A DNA stretch of 64,000 nucleotides from NCBI GenBank assembly GCA_031549385.1, contig JAVBPW010000004.1, forward strand, positions 12,043 through 76,042, read 5' to 3'. The position numbers were made by a program, and so were the translations under genes. The first letter of the stretch is position 1. Each line of letters begins with the position of its first letter. Below, piece after piece: positions 1-8,696 of this stretch. The notes under the pieces were generated by a model. The model was not told the origin of the DNA and searched no databases. It was given only the letters and a program-made list of their open reading frames with translations. The stretch comes from Alphaproteobacteria bacterium. Its GTDB lineage: Bacteria > Pseudomonadota > Alphaproteobacteria > Rs-D84 > SZUA-605.

Positions 1-13
1 GAAATGAAAAAAT

Positions 14-38
14 AAAAAGCCCCGAAGGGCTTTTTTTA
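14..38. terminator. Rho-independent terminator hairpin (GCCCC-GAA-GGGGC) flanked by A- and T-runs; bidirectional
   Basis: Perfect stem gcccc/ggggc with short loop, TTTTTTT downstream, A-run upstream. It lies immediately 3' of the minus-strand CDS ending at 36. The identical sequence recurs at 1612-1640. Confidence 0.7.
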
Positions 39-1532
39 CTTTACTTCTTTAATTTCATTAGGTTTCCAAGTTTTATCAAAAAAAGGTTTTAAAGGACCAT
101 AAAGTCTAAGTATCAAAAAGAAACTTTTATTTGGTATTGTTTGCACCCAATTAACATTTTCTTCCGGTTTATTAGGAGCAAAATATATATCAACAGAACC
201 GTCTTTATTAATAACAATATCTTTGTTTTGACTACTTACACTAGGAAATTTTTGATCTGTTTGAAGCATAGATCTTGTTTGAGTGTCGTAAAGAACAATG
301 GACCAAAAATCTTTTGCTGGAATTCCAGAAGGCAAAGATAGCTTATAAGTTTTTTCACCATCAAAAGTTTTTTTATTGCTATCTTCAAAAGTCAACAGAT
401 ATTGTGATCCTATTCCAACAGTTTTACTTCCCATAGCAGGTGTAACACCAGTTGCTATATATAAAATTCCAGATCTTCTTTCTTGAGAAGGGAAACCTTT
501 TTCATAAAAATGATAATCAGAATCTCCAATAGGAGACAACCAGGAACTATCAGGGTAAAAGATTTGGTCTTTTTTATCTGTTTTATATGAAATAGTTCTA
601 GCCATACCAGAGCCAACATTTGAAGCATCAGTTAAAATTTTTTTCATATTAGTGTCGGGTTTAAATTCTTTTCCTTTAATAATTCCAATATTTGCTAATT
701 TTCCAAGCATTTCTGGTGAAAATGCATTAGTATGTTCACGTTGCACAACAGAATTAATTTCATAAAAGAAATTAATATCTGAAGAGTGAATAGTATTAAA
801 AGCTTTTCCAGAAGCATTAACAAATTTATTTTTAGTTGGTTTATCTTTTTCTGACAATTTATATATTTTCATAGTCTTAGCATTATCAGCGCCAGCTTTC
901 TTATCACCATCTTTAGCAAAAGCTCTGCCTAATAACCAATGTCCATATGTTGTAGATTTATAAACAAAATAACCTTTTGGAATATCTCCTTTATATTCAG
1001 GAGGTATAAATAGATATTTTCCGCCTTTACCTTTATCTGGTCCAGCATTACCTAAATCAGCTACATATTCAAATAAAGCATTATCAACAACAGAAAGCAT
1101 CTCAGCAGGGCTTTCAAGAACAACAGGTCCATCGCTCAGATCAATCCAAGCAAAGGTATAAATACTTTCACTATTAGGAGTTAAAAATAAACTTTTTGAA
1201 TCCATAAATTCTTCAAAAACTAATATAGTTTTATTAGCAGGTCCAAATGACAATAATCCTTCTCTCATAGCATTCAATGAAGCAGCAGGTATACCATCTA
1301 AGAAAATATCTAATGCATGGTGATATATTAATTCATTTCTTAATTTTTTTGTTGTTTCATCTGTAGGCACTCCATCAAAGAAATTTAATTTTCCAATACG
1401 AGTATCTAGTTTATTTGCAATAATAATTTCTTTTGGAATATTAGTAGTCATTTTATAAGATTTATCTGCTAAAGATGGAATTGTAAATATTGTAAGTGCA
1501 ATTGCAGATATAAAAATTTTTTTTTTAATCAT
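36..1532 (-). CDS. Secreted ~500-aa protein, DUF1254/DUF1214-like family (tentative); paralog of 1642..3084
   Basis: Full ORF with a strong SD (AAGGAGG) 7 nt upstream of the ATG at 1532. N-terminal signal peptide. Conserved motif GPDKGKGGKYLFIPPEYKG shared with the neighbouring paralog. Family assignment is from memory of motif style, not from a search. Confidence 0.75.
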   Translation of the reverse strand: MIKKKIFISAIALTIFTIPSLADKSYKMTTNIPKEIIIANKLDTRIGKLNFFDGVPTDETTKKLRNELIYHHALDIFLDGIPAASLNAMREGLLSFGPANKTILVFEEFMDSKSLFLTPNSESIYTFAWIDLSDGPVVLESPAEMLSVVDNALFEYVADLGNAGPDKGKGGKYLFIPPEYKGDIPKGYFVYKSTTYGHWLLGRAFAKDGDKKAGADNAKTMKIYKLSEKDKPTKNKFVNASGKAFNTIHSSDINFFYEINSVVQREHTNAFSPEMLGKLANIGIIKGKEFKPDTNMKKILTDASNVGSGMARTISYKTDKKDQIFYPDSSWLSPIGDSDYHFYEKGFPSQERRSGILYIATGVTPAMGSKTVGIGSQYLLTFEDSNKKTFDGEKTYKLSLPSGIPAKDFWSIVLYDTQTRSMLQTDQKFPSVSSQNKDIVINKDGSVDIYFAPNKPEENVNWVQTIPNKSFFLILRLYGPLKPFFDKTWKPNEIKEVK

Positions 1533-1611
1533 AGATACCTCCTTTATAAATAATAAACCAAATTTTATAACAAAGTTACTAACATATCAATAGGATAAAA
1601 GATAAATATAT

Positions 1612-1640
1612 GAAAAAATAAAAAGCCCCGAAGGGCTTTT
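1612..1640 (-). terminator. Rho-independent terminator (same hairpin as 14-38)
   Basis: aaaaagccccgaagggcttttatt lies directly after the TAA stop (1642-1644, minus strand) of the upstream CDS. About 30 nt is identical to the terminator at 14-38. Confidence 0.7.
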
Positions 1641-1641
1641 A

Positions 1642-3084
1642 TTATTTTACTTCTTCAAAGTCATTTAATTGCCATTTACCATTAAATGCATTTTCTTCAG
1701 GGCCATAAACTCTGAAATAAGTAAACCATCCTTTACCAGGTATAGTTTTAATCCAAAAGTTTTCTTGTCCTTCAGGAGCTTTTGGTCCAAAATATAAATC
1801 TATATATTTACCCTTAACATCTTTTAATTCAAATAATGAACGAATAGCTGCCCTTTTTTGATCAGTAGCAATTTCACTACGGTTTTCACTATCATAAACA
1901 GTTACAGACCAAAATAATTTAGCAGGAACAGTTAAAGGGACTCTTAATTTGTAAGTTTTAGCGCCGTCTAAATAAGCTCCGTTATTGTCTTTATTTCCTA
2001 ACCAGTAAACAGATCCTTGTCCAGAAGCTCTTCTAAACATAGCTGGTGATTCTACCATGGCTTGATAAAACCATTTTTCACGAGCGTCTAAATCTTTATA
2101 GTAAGGAGTATCAAAAGTTCCATTTTCAGGACGAAGTGTAGCCCATTCCCAATTAATTCCTTTCCATACTTTTCTATCTTCTCTTCTATCAGCAAAAGAT
2201 TGAACTCTCATTTGAGCATTAGCAGTTTTTGCAGCTTGCTCTAAGATTTTTTTCATTCTTGAATTTGGCTTAAAAGGTTCACCTTTTTTAATACCAAGGA
2301 TAGCAAGTTCTCCATAATAGTTTCTATATTCTTTATTAGCAGGTTCATTGTTAATTATTTTATGAAGTAGTTCCCAATATTTTATATTTGTTTCAATTTT
2401 ATTTGGAGTAAAGTCAACTGATTTATCAGATATATCTATCCATTTATTAATAGTCCAGCTATTATCTAAAGCGTGTATTTTAACTGTTTTAATTAAATCA
2501 AAAGCTTTATTTAAATCTCCTTTAACAGGCAAAGCTCTTAATAGTAATACAACTTTGTTTGTAGTTGATTTTCCAACATAATAACCTTCTGGAGTTTTAC
2601 CTTTATATTCTGGAGGTAAAATTAAGTGTTTTCCACCTTTACCGGCATCTGGTCCTGGAAGACCGTAATCCATAATCCAAATTTCGTTCATATCGTTAAT
2701 TGCTCCCATAATAGGTCCAGCAGGCATATCAATAACAACAGGACCATTAGTTAAGTCAACAGGAACAAAAGAATATGGTGTATCTGAATTAGGTGTAAAA
2801 ACTATTTGTTTAGGCGTTCCCATAGTAACAACACCAGATTCGTTTGGTTTAACATTTAAAGTTTTGAAAGCTTCAAATCCTGATGAAAAGGCAACTGTAG
2901 GATAAAAAAATTTATATGCTTGAATTGCTCGATTTAAATCAGCATCATCATATGCTTTTTGTACAGTTTCTTTTGTCGGATATCCATTAACAAATTTATA
3001 ATCATCATAAGCAGCAATAGCATTTAAACTAATCATATTGCTCACTAAGAACCCTAACATTAATTTTGTAGTTACTGATTTCAT
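1642..3084 (-). CDS. Secreted ~480-aa protein, DUF1254/DUF1214-like family (tentative); tandem paralog of 36..1532
   Basis: The start was moved from 3147 to the ATG at 3082-3084, which is preceded by AAGGAGG. That start gives MKSVTTKLMLGFLVSNMISLNAIAA, a signal peptide. Motif GPDAGKGGKHLILPPEYKG parallels the paralog. Confidence 0.75.
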   Translation of the reverse strand: MKSVTTKLMLGFLVSNMISLNAIAAYDDYKFVNGYPTKETVQKAYDDADLNRAIQAYKFFYPTVAFSSGFEAFKTLNVKPNESGVVTMGTPKQIVFTPNSDTPYSFVPVDLTNGPVVIDMPAGPIMGAINDMNEIWIMDYGLPGPDAGKGGKHLILPPEYKGKTPEGYYVGKSTTNKVVLLLRALPVKGDLNKAFDLIKTVKIHALDNSWTINKWIDISDKSVDFTPNKIETNIKYWELLHKIINNEPANKEYRNYYGELAILGIKKGEPFKPNSRMKKILEQAAKTANAQMRVQSFADRREDRKVWKGINWEWATLRPENGTFDTPYYKDLDAREKWFYQAMVESPAMFRRASGQGSVYWLGNKDNNGAYLDGAKTYKLRVPLTVPAKLFWSVTVYDSENRSEIATDQKRAAIRSLFELKDVKGKYIDLYFGPKAPEGQENFWIKTIPGKGWFTYFRVYGPEENAFNGKWQLNDFEEVK

Positions 3085-3202
3085 ATTTTCCTCCTTAATT
3101 TTATTGAAATAGCAACAAAATTGTATCACATAAAAAAAATAAAACAATAAGGTAAAAAATCCTCTATAGAATTCAAGTTATTAAGTTTTATTTAATTTTG
3201 AT

Positions 3203-3235
3203 TTTTTATATAAAAAATGCTCTCCTAAGAGAGCA
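3203..3235 (-). terminator. Rho-independent terminator downstream of tRNA-Asn
   Basis: Perfect inverted repeat atgctctc-ctaa-gagagcat (3216-3235). It is followed on the minus strand by TTTTTT (complement of 3210-3215). Confidence 0.7.
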
Positions 3236-3237
3236 TA

Positions 3238-3312
3238 TGGCTCGAGTGGTAGGATTCGAACCTACGACCAATTGATTAACAGTCAACTGCGCTACCGCTG
3301 CGCCACACTCGA
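3238..3312 (-). tRNA. tRNA-Asn (anticodon GUU), CCA encoded
   Basis: Reverse complement folds as a cloverleaf. Acceptor TCGAGTG/CACTCGA, D-stem GCGC/GCGC, anticodon stem GTTGA/TCAAT with loop CTGTTAA (GTT), T-arm GTAGG-TTCGAAT-CCTAC, 3' GCCA. Confidence 0.85.
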
Positions 3313-3371
3313 ACAACTGGAGTAATTATATTTATTTATTTTTCATTTGCAACCAAAAAAAGATATTTTAT

Positions 3372-3400
3372 TTGACTTATATATATAAGATATGTAAACT
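3372..3400 (+). promoter_or_regulatory. Candidate sigma70-like promoter for gatB (TTGACT-17 bp-TAAACT)
   Basis: Consensus -35 TTGACT at 3372-3377, a 17-nt spacer, and a -10-like TAAACT at 3395-3400. SD aaagggg follows at 3412-3418 and the gatB ATG at 3425. Confidence 0.4.
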
Positions 3401-3424
3401 TTTGCAAAATCAAAGGGGCAAATT

Positions 3425-4885
3425 ATGTATGTAATAAAAGGTCAAACAGCAGATTGGGAAGTGGTAGTAGGACTCGAAGTTCACTGCCAAATAATATCTA
3501 AATCTAAGTTATTTTCATCATCTTCGACAGAATTTGGTGCAGCTCCAAATACACAAGTTTCATTCATAGATTCAGCAATGCCAGGAATGCTTCCAGTATT
3601 AAACCAAGAATGTGTGAACCAAGCAATAAGAACTGGCTTAGGTTTAAATGCAAAAATAAACAACAAATCAGTATTTGCTCGTAAAAATTATTTTTATGCT
3701 GACCTTCCACAAGGTTATCAAATTTCTCAGCTTGCTCCATTAGTAGGTGAAGGATATTTAGAAATATTAGACGACGACGGCAATCCTAAAAAAGTTCGTA
3801 TTGAAAGATTACATGTAGAACAAGACGCAGGAAAATCTGTTCACGATGCATCACCAACTCAAACATATATAGATTTAAACAGAGTAGGTACAGGTTTAAT
3901 GGAAATAGTATCCTATCCAGATATTTCATCACCGTCAGAAGCTGGGCAATATGTAAAAAAGATTCGTCAAATAGTTCGTGCCCTAGGCACATGTGACGGA
4001 AATATGGAAGAAGGTTCAATGAGAGCTGACGTAAACGTATCAGTTCGTAAAGTAGGTGAACAAGGTTATAGAACACGTTGTGAAGTAAAAAATATGAATT
4101 CATTTAAATTTATTCAACAAGCAATAGAATATGAAGCAAAAAGACAGGTAGAAGCTCATGAAGCAGGTGAAAAGATTGTTCAATCTACATTACAATTTGA
4201 CAAAGCAACAGGTGAAACATCAGTAATGCGTTCAAAAGAAGATGCGCATGATTACAGATATTTTCCAGAACCAGATCTTGCTCCATTAATTGTAACAGAT
4301 GAATTAATAGAAGAATTAAGAAAAACTCTTCCAGAATTACCAGATGCAAAAAAGAAAAGATTTATGTCTGAATATCAAATCACAGATTTTGACGCAACAC
4401 TTTTAACTTCAGAAGAAGAAATATCTACCTATTATGAAAAGACAGTAGGGCAAGAAAAGATTGCAAAAGGAAAAACAGTAGCAAATTGGATGACAGGTGA
4501 ATTATTTGCATACTTAAATAAATCAGGTTTAGATTTTTCACAAAATCCAATTTCATCACAAAATCTATCTCAACTCGTGGATAGAATTTTGGATAAAACA
4601 ATTTCAGGAAATATTGCAAAAAAGATTTGGGAAATGTTATTAGAAATCCCAACATTAACACCAGATGAAATAATTGAAAAAGAAGGTTTGAAACAAATTA
4701 CAGATACAGGTGCAATTGAGAAAGCTGTTGACGATGTAATTGCAAACAATCCAGATAAAGTTGCAGAAATAAAAGCAGGTAAAGATAAATTAATCGGCTG
4801 GCTAACAGGCCAAGTAATGCAGATTACTGGTGGAAAAGCAAATCCAGCAATGGTTCAAGATTTATTAAAGAAAAAATTGTTATAA
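3425..4885 (+). CDS. gatB: Aspartyl/glutamyl-tRNA(Asn/Gln) amidotransferase subunit B
   Basis: 486-aa ORF. N-terminal WEVVVGLEVHCQ, the internal DAGKSVHD motif region and the C-terminal GatB/YqeY-like tail are characteristic of GatB. Confidence 0.9.
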   Translation: MYVIKGQTADWEVVVGLEVHCQIISKSKLFSSSSTEFGAAPNTQVSFIDSAMPGMLPVLNQECVNQAIRTGLGLNAKINNKSVFARKNYFYADLPQGYQISQLAPLVGEGYLEILDDDGNPKKVRIERLHVEQDAGKSVHDASPTQTYIDLNRVGTGLMEIVSYPDISSPSEAGQYVKKIRQIVRALGTCDGNMEEGSMRADVNVSVRKVGEQGYRTRCEVKNMNSFKFIQQAIEYEAKRQVEAHEAGEKIVQSTLQFDKATGETSVMRSKEDAHDYRYFPEPDLAPLIVTDELIEELRKTLPELPDAKKKRFMSEYQITDFDATLLTSEEEISTYYEKTVGQEKIAKGKTVANWMTGELFAYLNKSGLDFSQNPISSQNLSQLVDRILDKTISGNIAKKIWEMLLEIPTLTPDEIIEKEGLKQITDTGAIEKAVDDVIANNPDKVAEIKAGKDKLIGWLTGQVMQITGGKANPAMVQDLLKKKLL

Positions 4886-4913
4886 AAAAAAGCCTTCGAA
4901 ACGAAGGCTTTTA
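4886..4913. terminator. Hairpin terminator after gatB (agccttcg-aaac-gaaggct)
   Basis: Perfect 8-bp stem directly after the gatB stop, with an A-run before and a T-rich tract after. Confidence 0.6.
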
Positions 4914-4918
4914 AAATA

Positions 4919-5010
4919 GAAGAGAAGGTGAGCTGTTACGCACTCTTTAAATGAATGGCTGCTTCCAAGCCAACATGCCTTTGTATTGTTAGAAAACAAT
5001 CTCTTCTATA
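4919..5010. ncRNA. Candidate structured RNA/element: GC-richer island closed by an AGAAGAGA/UCUCUUCU outer helix; identity unknown
   Basis: It stands out compositionally in an AT-rich 265-bp spacer. An outer 8-bp helix (4921-4928 with 5001-5008) encloses the hairpin ggct-gcttcca-agcc. The minus strand carries GGAAGCAGCC, which is reminiscent of SRP-RNA domain IV, but no full SRP fold could be built by eye. Confidence 0.25.
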
Positions 5011-5150
5011 GATTTATATATTTTTATTTAATTCATATTAATTTAATTCCAATTTAATAATTTTTACCAAAAAATCAATACGTATTTTTCTATTGCAAAC
5101 CTAAAAACAAGAGTTTATAATTCTTAGTATAAAAATTAAGGAGAGAAAAC

Positions 5151-5831
5151 ATGGTAGACAATAACAGCTTTTTTGAAGATATAAATTCAAATAACTCAGG
5201 TGGTTATAAAGATTTTAATAATTTCAATCACAATAAAGATGAAAAGAAATTCCCAGTATTATTATTGATACTTGCAGGGGTACTTGGATTATTAATAGCA
5301 ATCTTAATTTCACAAATGCTATCTTCATCAAAGAATTCAAGTAATGAATCAACAGTAGAAGTTGTTGCACCAGTAACAGAAATATCAGAACCAGTTGATC
5401 AAGATGGTGGTGATGTAGTAAATGTATATTCACAAGTTAAACCTGGTGATTCTACATTGAATACTGCTCCATTACAAACAGGACCAGCACAAAAACCAAT
5501 TCAAGAAAAAGAAGTTAAAGTAATTTCCCCAGCAAAAACAATTAACTTGAGTTCAGGATCATCATCAAGTTCATCTTCTTCATCAACAAGTGGTGGTTCA
5601 CAAGTTCAACTAGCGGCAGGCGCAACAGAAAAAGCAGCTGAGGCAGAATGGACAAGATTAAAGAAAAACCATTCAGATTTATTAGGCGATAAAAGCCATA
5701 CTGTAGTAAAATCAGTAGTATCAGGTAAAACAGTATATCGTTTAAGAGTAACATCATTGACTTCAACAGAAGCAACAAGCCTATGCAAATCATTAAATGC
5801 ACGTGGTGTAAGCTGCTGGAAAGCAAAATAG
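5151..5831 (+). CDS. Membrane-anchored SPOR-domain protein (septal peptidoglycan-binding; DedD/FtsN-like)
   Basis: N-terminal TM helix ([17 protein letters not shown]), then a Ser-rich linker, then a C-terminal about 75-aa SPOR-like fold ([21 protein letters not shown]...[30 protein letters not shown]). Confidence 0.6.
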   Translation: MVDNNSFFEDINSNNSGGYKDFNNFNHNKDEKKFPVLLLILAGVLGLLIAILISQMLSSSKNSSNESTVEVVAPVTEISEPVDQDGGDVVNVYSQVKPGDSTLNTAPLQTGPAQKPIQEKEVKVISPAKTINLSSGSSSSSSSSSTSGGSQVQLAAGATEKAAEAEWTRLKKNHSDLLGDKSHTVVKSVVSGKTVYRLRVTSLTSTEATSLCKSLNARGVSCWKAK

Positions 5832-5841
5832 GAGAATTAAA

Positions 5842-6045
5842 ATGAGTATGCCAAGTATTTGGGAATTGTTATTAGTAGTAATTGTAATCTTATTATTATT
5901 TGGTGCAGGAAAGATTCCAGCATTAATGAAAGACTTTGGAGAAGGGATAAAAGAGTTCAAAAAAGCATTAAAAGATGACGGCAAAAAAGAAAAATCTGAA
6001 AAAACTACTAAACCTTCTAAAAAGAAACCAACAAAGAAGAAATAG
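5842..6045 (+). CDS. tatA: Sec-independent protein translocase TatA/E
   Basis: 67 aa with [42 protein letters not shown], the canonical TatA TM plus amphipathic helix, and a Lys-rich tail. Confidence 0.85.
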   Translation: MSMPSIWELLLVVIVILLLFGAGKIPALMKDFGEGIKEFKKALKDDGKKEKSEKTTKPSKKKPTKKK

Positions 6046-6054
6046 TAACAAAAA

Positions 6055-6085
6055 ATAAAAGGCGGGAATATCCCGCCTTTTTTAA
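6055..6085. terminator. Bidirectional terminator (ggcggga-atat-cccgcc + T-run)
   Basis: Perfect 6-7-bp GC stem with a tetraloop, a TTTTTT tract 3' and an A-run 5'. It lies between tatA (+) and the convergent 6082..6327 (-) ORF. Confidence 0.75.
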
Positions 6086-6327
6086 TTGTTTTCAACTTGA
6101 GGACCTTCAACAACGGTAAGTCTGTTACCTTCATTTACGAAAACTTCACTAACTTCGTTTTCTTCCTCTTCGTCTGTTCCGTCATCACCAACGATAAATT
6201 CTTTATTGCAATAGATAGCTAAATACCTATCTAACGCTTTTTGTCTTCTTTCAGCTTCATCTTCCAACTTTTGATGACAGATTTTTTTGAAATCTCCAGA
6301 CTTAGTTTTAATCCTTTTTCTGTTCAT
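6082..6327 (-). CDS. Hypothetical small acidic protein (81 aa)
   Basis: ORF only. Basic N-terminus and acidic C-terminal half. No SD seen and no family recognised. Confidence 0.35.
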   Translation of the reverse strand: MNRKRIKTKSGDFKKICHQKLEDEAERRQKALDRYLAIYCNKEFIVGDDGTDEEEENEVSEVFVNEGNRLTVVEGPQVENN

Positions 6328-6465
6328 ATATTAATATATTTTTTAAGTTTATAACTTAATATATAATCTATAAAATAACTTTGTCAACAAAAAATGATTG
6401 ACAAGTTAATAATAAAAGCACATAATGTTTTCAAAATAATCATTAAACCTAAAAAATCCTAAAAA

Positions 6466-6873
6466 ATGAAAAAGTTTTTAATATTTATGGCTGCTATTAT
6501 AGCCTTAGTAGGCTGTAAGCAGAAAGATATTTATTCCTATAATGGGGTAAAAGTAATATCAGCAATAGACAGTTTACCGCCTATTGATGACAGTCCTATA
6601 AAAATCACAGAATATACTGTAAGCTTCACAGATTCAACGTCTGTGTGGGTATCAAGTGCATTCACGTCACCTAACAAGGTCAGATTGCACATAAATCAAA
6701 AAGTTAAGGTTTTTGAAAACCTTACCAGAGGTGAACATATATTAGGTGATGTAACAGCAACCCAAAAAGAAGCATTAAACAAGCTTTCTTGGGAAACTAT
6801 TGGCCAGCAAACAGTATTCTGGCTAATAATAGCATTAGTTTTATTTCTGGGCTTTAAAAGACCCAAAGAGTAA
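6466..6873 (+). CDS. Putative lipoprotein with C-terminal TM helix (135 aa)
   Basis: Lipobox LVGC at the end of the signal peptide. C-terminal hydrophobic helix TVFWLIIALVLFLGF. Weak paralogy to the next gene (shared SIDS... segment). Confidence 0.5.
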   Translation: MKKFLIFMAAIIALVGCKQKDIYSYNGVKVISAIDSLPPIDDSPIKITEYTVSFTDSTSVWVSSAFTSPNKVRLHINQKVKVFENLTRGEHILGDVTATQKEALNKLSWETIGQQTVFWLIIALVLFLGFKRPKE

Positions 6874-6898
6874 TAATCAAGACATAAACTTAAAGCAT

Positions 6899-7369
6899 AT
6901 GAAAAACTTAACATTAATTTTAGCAATCGCACTTTGCGTATCGTGCAGCAGAGATTTCGAGTTCCAAGGTGAACGAGTTGTTCGCAGCATAGACAGTTCT
7001 GCCTATGTAGCAATTGGTGACAAAGACAAATTGTCAATAATCCAGACGGATTATAAGTTCACAATGGACAACGGAAAGGAGATATGGTGTAACAAGCCAT
7101 ATGCGCTTCCCAGTAAGAAGAAAGTAACACCGAGCACCTTTGTAAAGATATTCAAAAACAAAGACGGATCTTTCCAATTGGTAGATATCGATGCTGTAAA
7201 CCAAAACATGACCTACAAACAACGCCGTGGCGTATTTATAGGAATTGGAATATTAATTGGTCTTCTGGCTATTTACCTGTCTGCAGTGTACGAAGCCAAG
7301 TATGCAAGAAAACTTGCTAAAGAAGAGCTTGAAAAAGCTCAAGCTAAAGAAAAAGGAAGGCCTGTATAG
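6899..7369 (+). CDS. Putative lipoprotein with C-terminal TM helix (156 aa); paralog-like to 6466..6873
   Basis: Lipobox CVSCS. C-terminal TM VFIGIGILIGLLAIYLSAVY followed by a charged tail. Terminator hairpin overlaps the stop. Confidence 0.5.
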   Translation: MKNLTLILAIALCVSCSRDFEFQGERVVRSIDSSAYVAIGDKDKLSIIQTDYKFTMDNGKEIWCNKPYALPSKKKVTPSTFVKIFKNKDGSFQLVDIDAVNQNMTYKQRRGVFIGIGILIGLLAIYLSAVYEAKYARKLAKEELEKAQAKEKGRPV

Positions 7370-7386
7370 GCCTTTTCTTTTTTAAT
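7358..7386 (+). terminator. Terminator (ggcc-tgtata-ggcc + TTTTCTTTTTT)
   Basis: Hairpin overlapping the TAG stop of the 6899..7369 CDS, with a T-rich tract after it. Confidence 0.55.
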
Positions 7387-7480
7387 AAAGCCCATTAAAG
7401 CTTCATTTTTATAATTTATCTTGAAAATTGATAAATTATGCACTATCATATTGCGGTAAATATAAAAAAGGAATAGTAAA

Positions 7481-7654
7481 ATGGCAACTCCAAAGAGAAA
7501 AACATCTACATCAAGAAGAGATATGAGAAGATCTCATGATGCCTTAAAAGCTCCTGCAATGACTAAATGTTCAAATTGTGGTGAATTAAAACAACCACAT
7601 TGTGTATGCGGAACATGCGGATTTTATGGTAAAAAACAGGTTATTCAAAAATAG
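7481..7654 (+). CDS. rpmF: 50S ribosomal protein L32
   Basis: 57-aa ORF missing from the ORF track because it is under 60 aa. Sequence [57 protein letters not shown] shows the classic L32 N-terminus and Cys4 knuckle. It lies directly upstream of plsX-fabH, the canonical rpmF-plsX-fabH order. Confidence 0.85.
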   Translation: MATPKRKTSTSRRDMRRSHDALKAPAMTKCSNCGELKQPHCVCGTCGFYGKKQVIQK

Positions 7655-7663
7655 AGCAATAAA

Positions 7664-8683
7664 ATGGAAAGAAAAGTAATACTTTCTGTGGACGCCTTTG
7701 GCGGAGACAAAGCACCCCGTGCAGTAATAGAAGGTATAAATTTAACTTTAAAAGAAAGAACTGACGTTTTTTTTCACATATTTGGAAAAAAGAACGTACT
7801 TGAAAAGTATTTCAAAAAGTATCCAGAAATAGCTCAAAATTCAAAAATATTTGATGCTCGAAGCGTAATAAAAGGCGACCAAAAGGTAGCCGAAGCAATA
7901 CGTGACAGAGCGTCTTCATTATGGATGGCAATTGACCATGTAAAACAAGGTAATGCAGATGCAATAGTATCAGCAGGAAACACAGGTGTTTTAATGGCTA
8001 TGTCAAAATTATCCTTTCGAACAATGGAAGGAATTTCACGTCCAGCGATAGTATCATTCTTACCAACAGAAAACGGTAAAGTAATATTATTAGACCTAGG
8101 TGCAAATGCAGAATGCGATGCACAAAATTTAAAAGATTTTTCTATCATGGGTGCAATATATGCAAGAATAATCACAGGTATAAAAAAACCATTACTTGGA
8201 ATTTTAAATATAGGTGAAGAACAAACTAAAGGTAATGATATATTGCGTGAAACTTACCAATATTGGAAAGAAAACCCAACAGATTTATTTGATTTTCATG
8301 GATTCGTAGAAGGTGACGATATCCTAGCCGGCACAACAGATGTTGTTGTAACAGACGGCTTTACAGGAAATGTAGCTCTAAAAACTGTAGAAGGAACAGC
8401 AAAGTTTTTAGGCAATTTATTAAAAAATATGTTCACAAGAACATGGTTAAACAAACTAGCTTATTTGTTGATAAAATCATCAATGAAAATCTTAAAAAAG
8501 AAAATAGACCCACGTGAATACAGTGGAGCCGTTTTTGTAGGCTTAAACCACTTATCAATCAAAAGTCATGGTGGCTCAGACAAAGTTTCTTTTAAAAATG
8601 CTTTTAATTATGCAATTGATTTGGTGAAGAATGATTTCAATGAAAAAGTAAGAAAAGAAATATCAAGTATACGTAAAGCTTAA
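7664..8683 (+). CDS. plsX: Phosphate acyltransferase PlsX
   Basis: 339 aa. Shows the LSVDAFGGD start and the GNTGVLMA and ...SHGGS... motifs typical of PlsX. Confidence 0.9.
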   Translation: MERKVILSVDAFGGDKAPRAVIEGINLTLKERTDVFFHIFGKKNVLEKYFKKYPEIAQNSKIFDARSVIKGDQKVAEAIRDRASSLWMAIDHVKQGNADAIVSAGNTGVLMAMSKLSFRTMEGISRPAIVSFLPTENGKVILLDLGANAECDAQNLKDFSIMGAIYARIITGIKKPLLGILNIGEEQTKGNDILRETYQYWKENPTDLFDFHGFVEGDDILAGTTDVVVTDGFTGNVALKTVEGTAKFLGNLLKNMFTRTWLNKLAYLLIKSSMKILKKKIDPREYSGAVFVGLNHLSIKSHGGSDKVSFKNAFNYAIDLVKNDFNEKVRKEISSIRKA

Positions 8684-8696
8684 AAAGGGAAGGAAA

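Noticed and set aside
3481-4661. Antisense/alternate-frame ORFs inside gatB (3481..3666-, 3786..4103-, 4425..4661-). Similar artefacts occur inside most long genes, e.g. 141..341, 5224..5826, 7834..8175, 8773..9537, 26866..28814 and 56546..59084.
   Set aside because: They are fully embedded in well-supported genes on the other strand or frame. Low-complexity Leu/Ile/Phe-rich translations are typical of AT-rich sequence, and there are no RBSs.
4921-4990. Calling the GC-rich island an SRP (4.5S/ffs) RNA on the minus strand because of the GGAAGCAGCC 10-mer.
   Set aside because: Flanking sequence does not reproduce the GNRA tetraloop or symmetric-loop architecture of domain IV by eye. A 10-mer match alone is not enough; left as an unnamed candidate.
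5793-6134. 113-aa minus-strand ORF overlapping tatA and its terminator.
   Set aside because: Overlaps a confidently identified tatA and a strong terminator. Composition is typical of spurious AT-rich ORFs.
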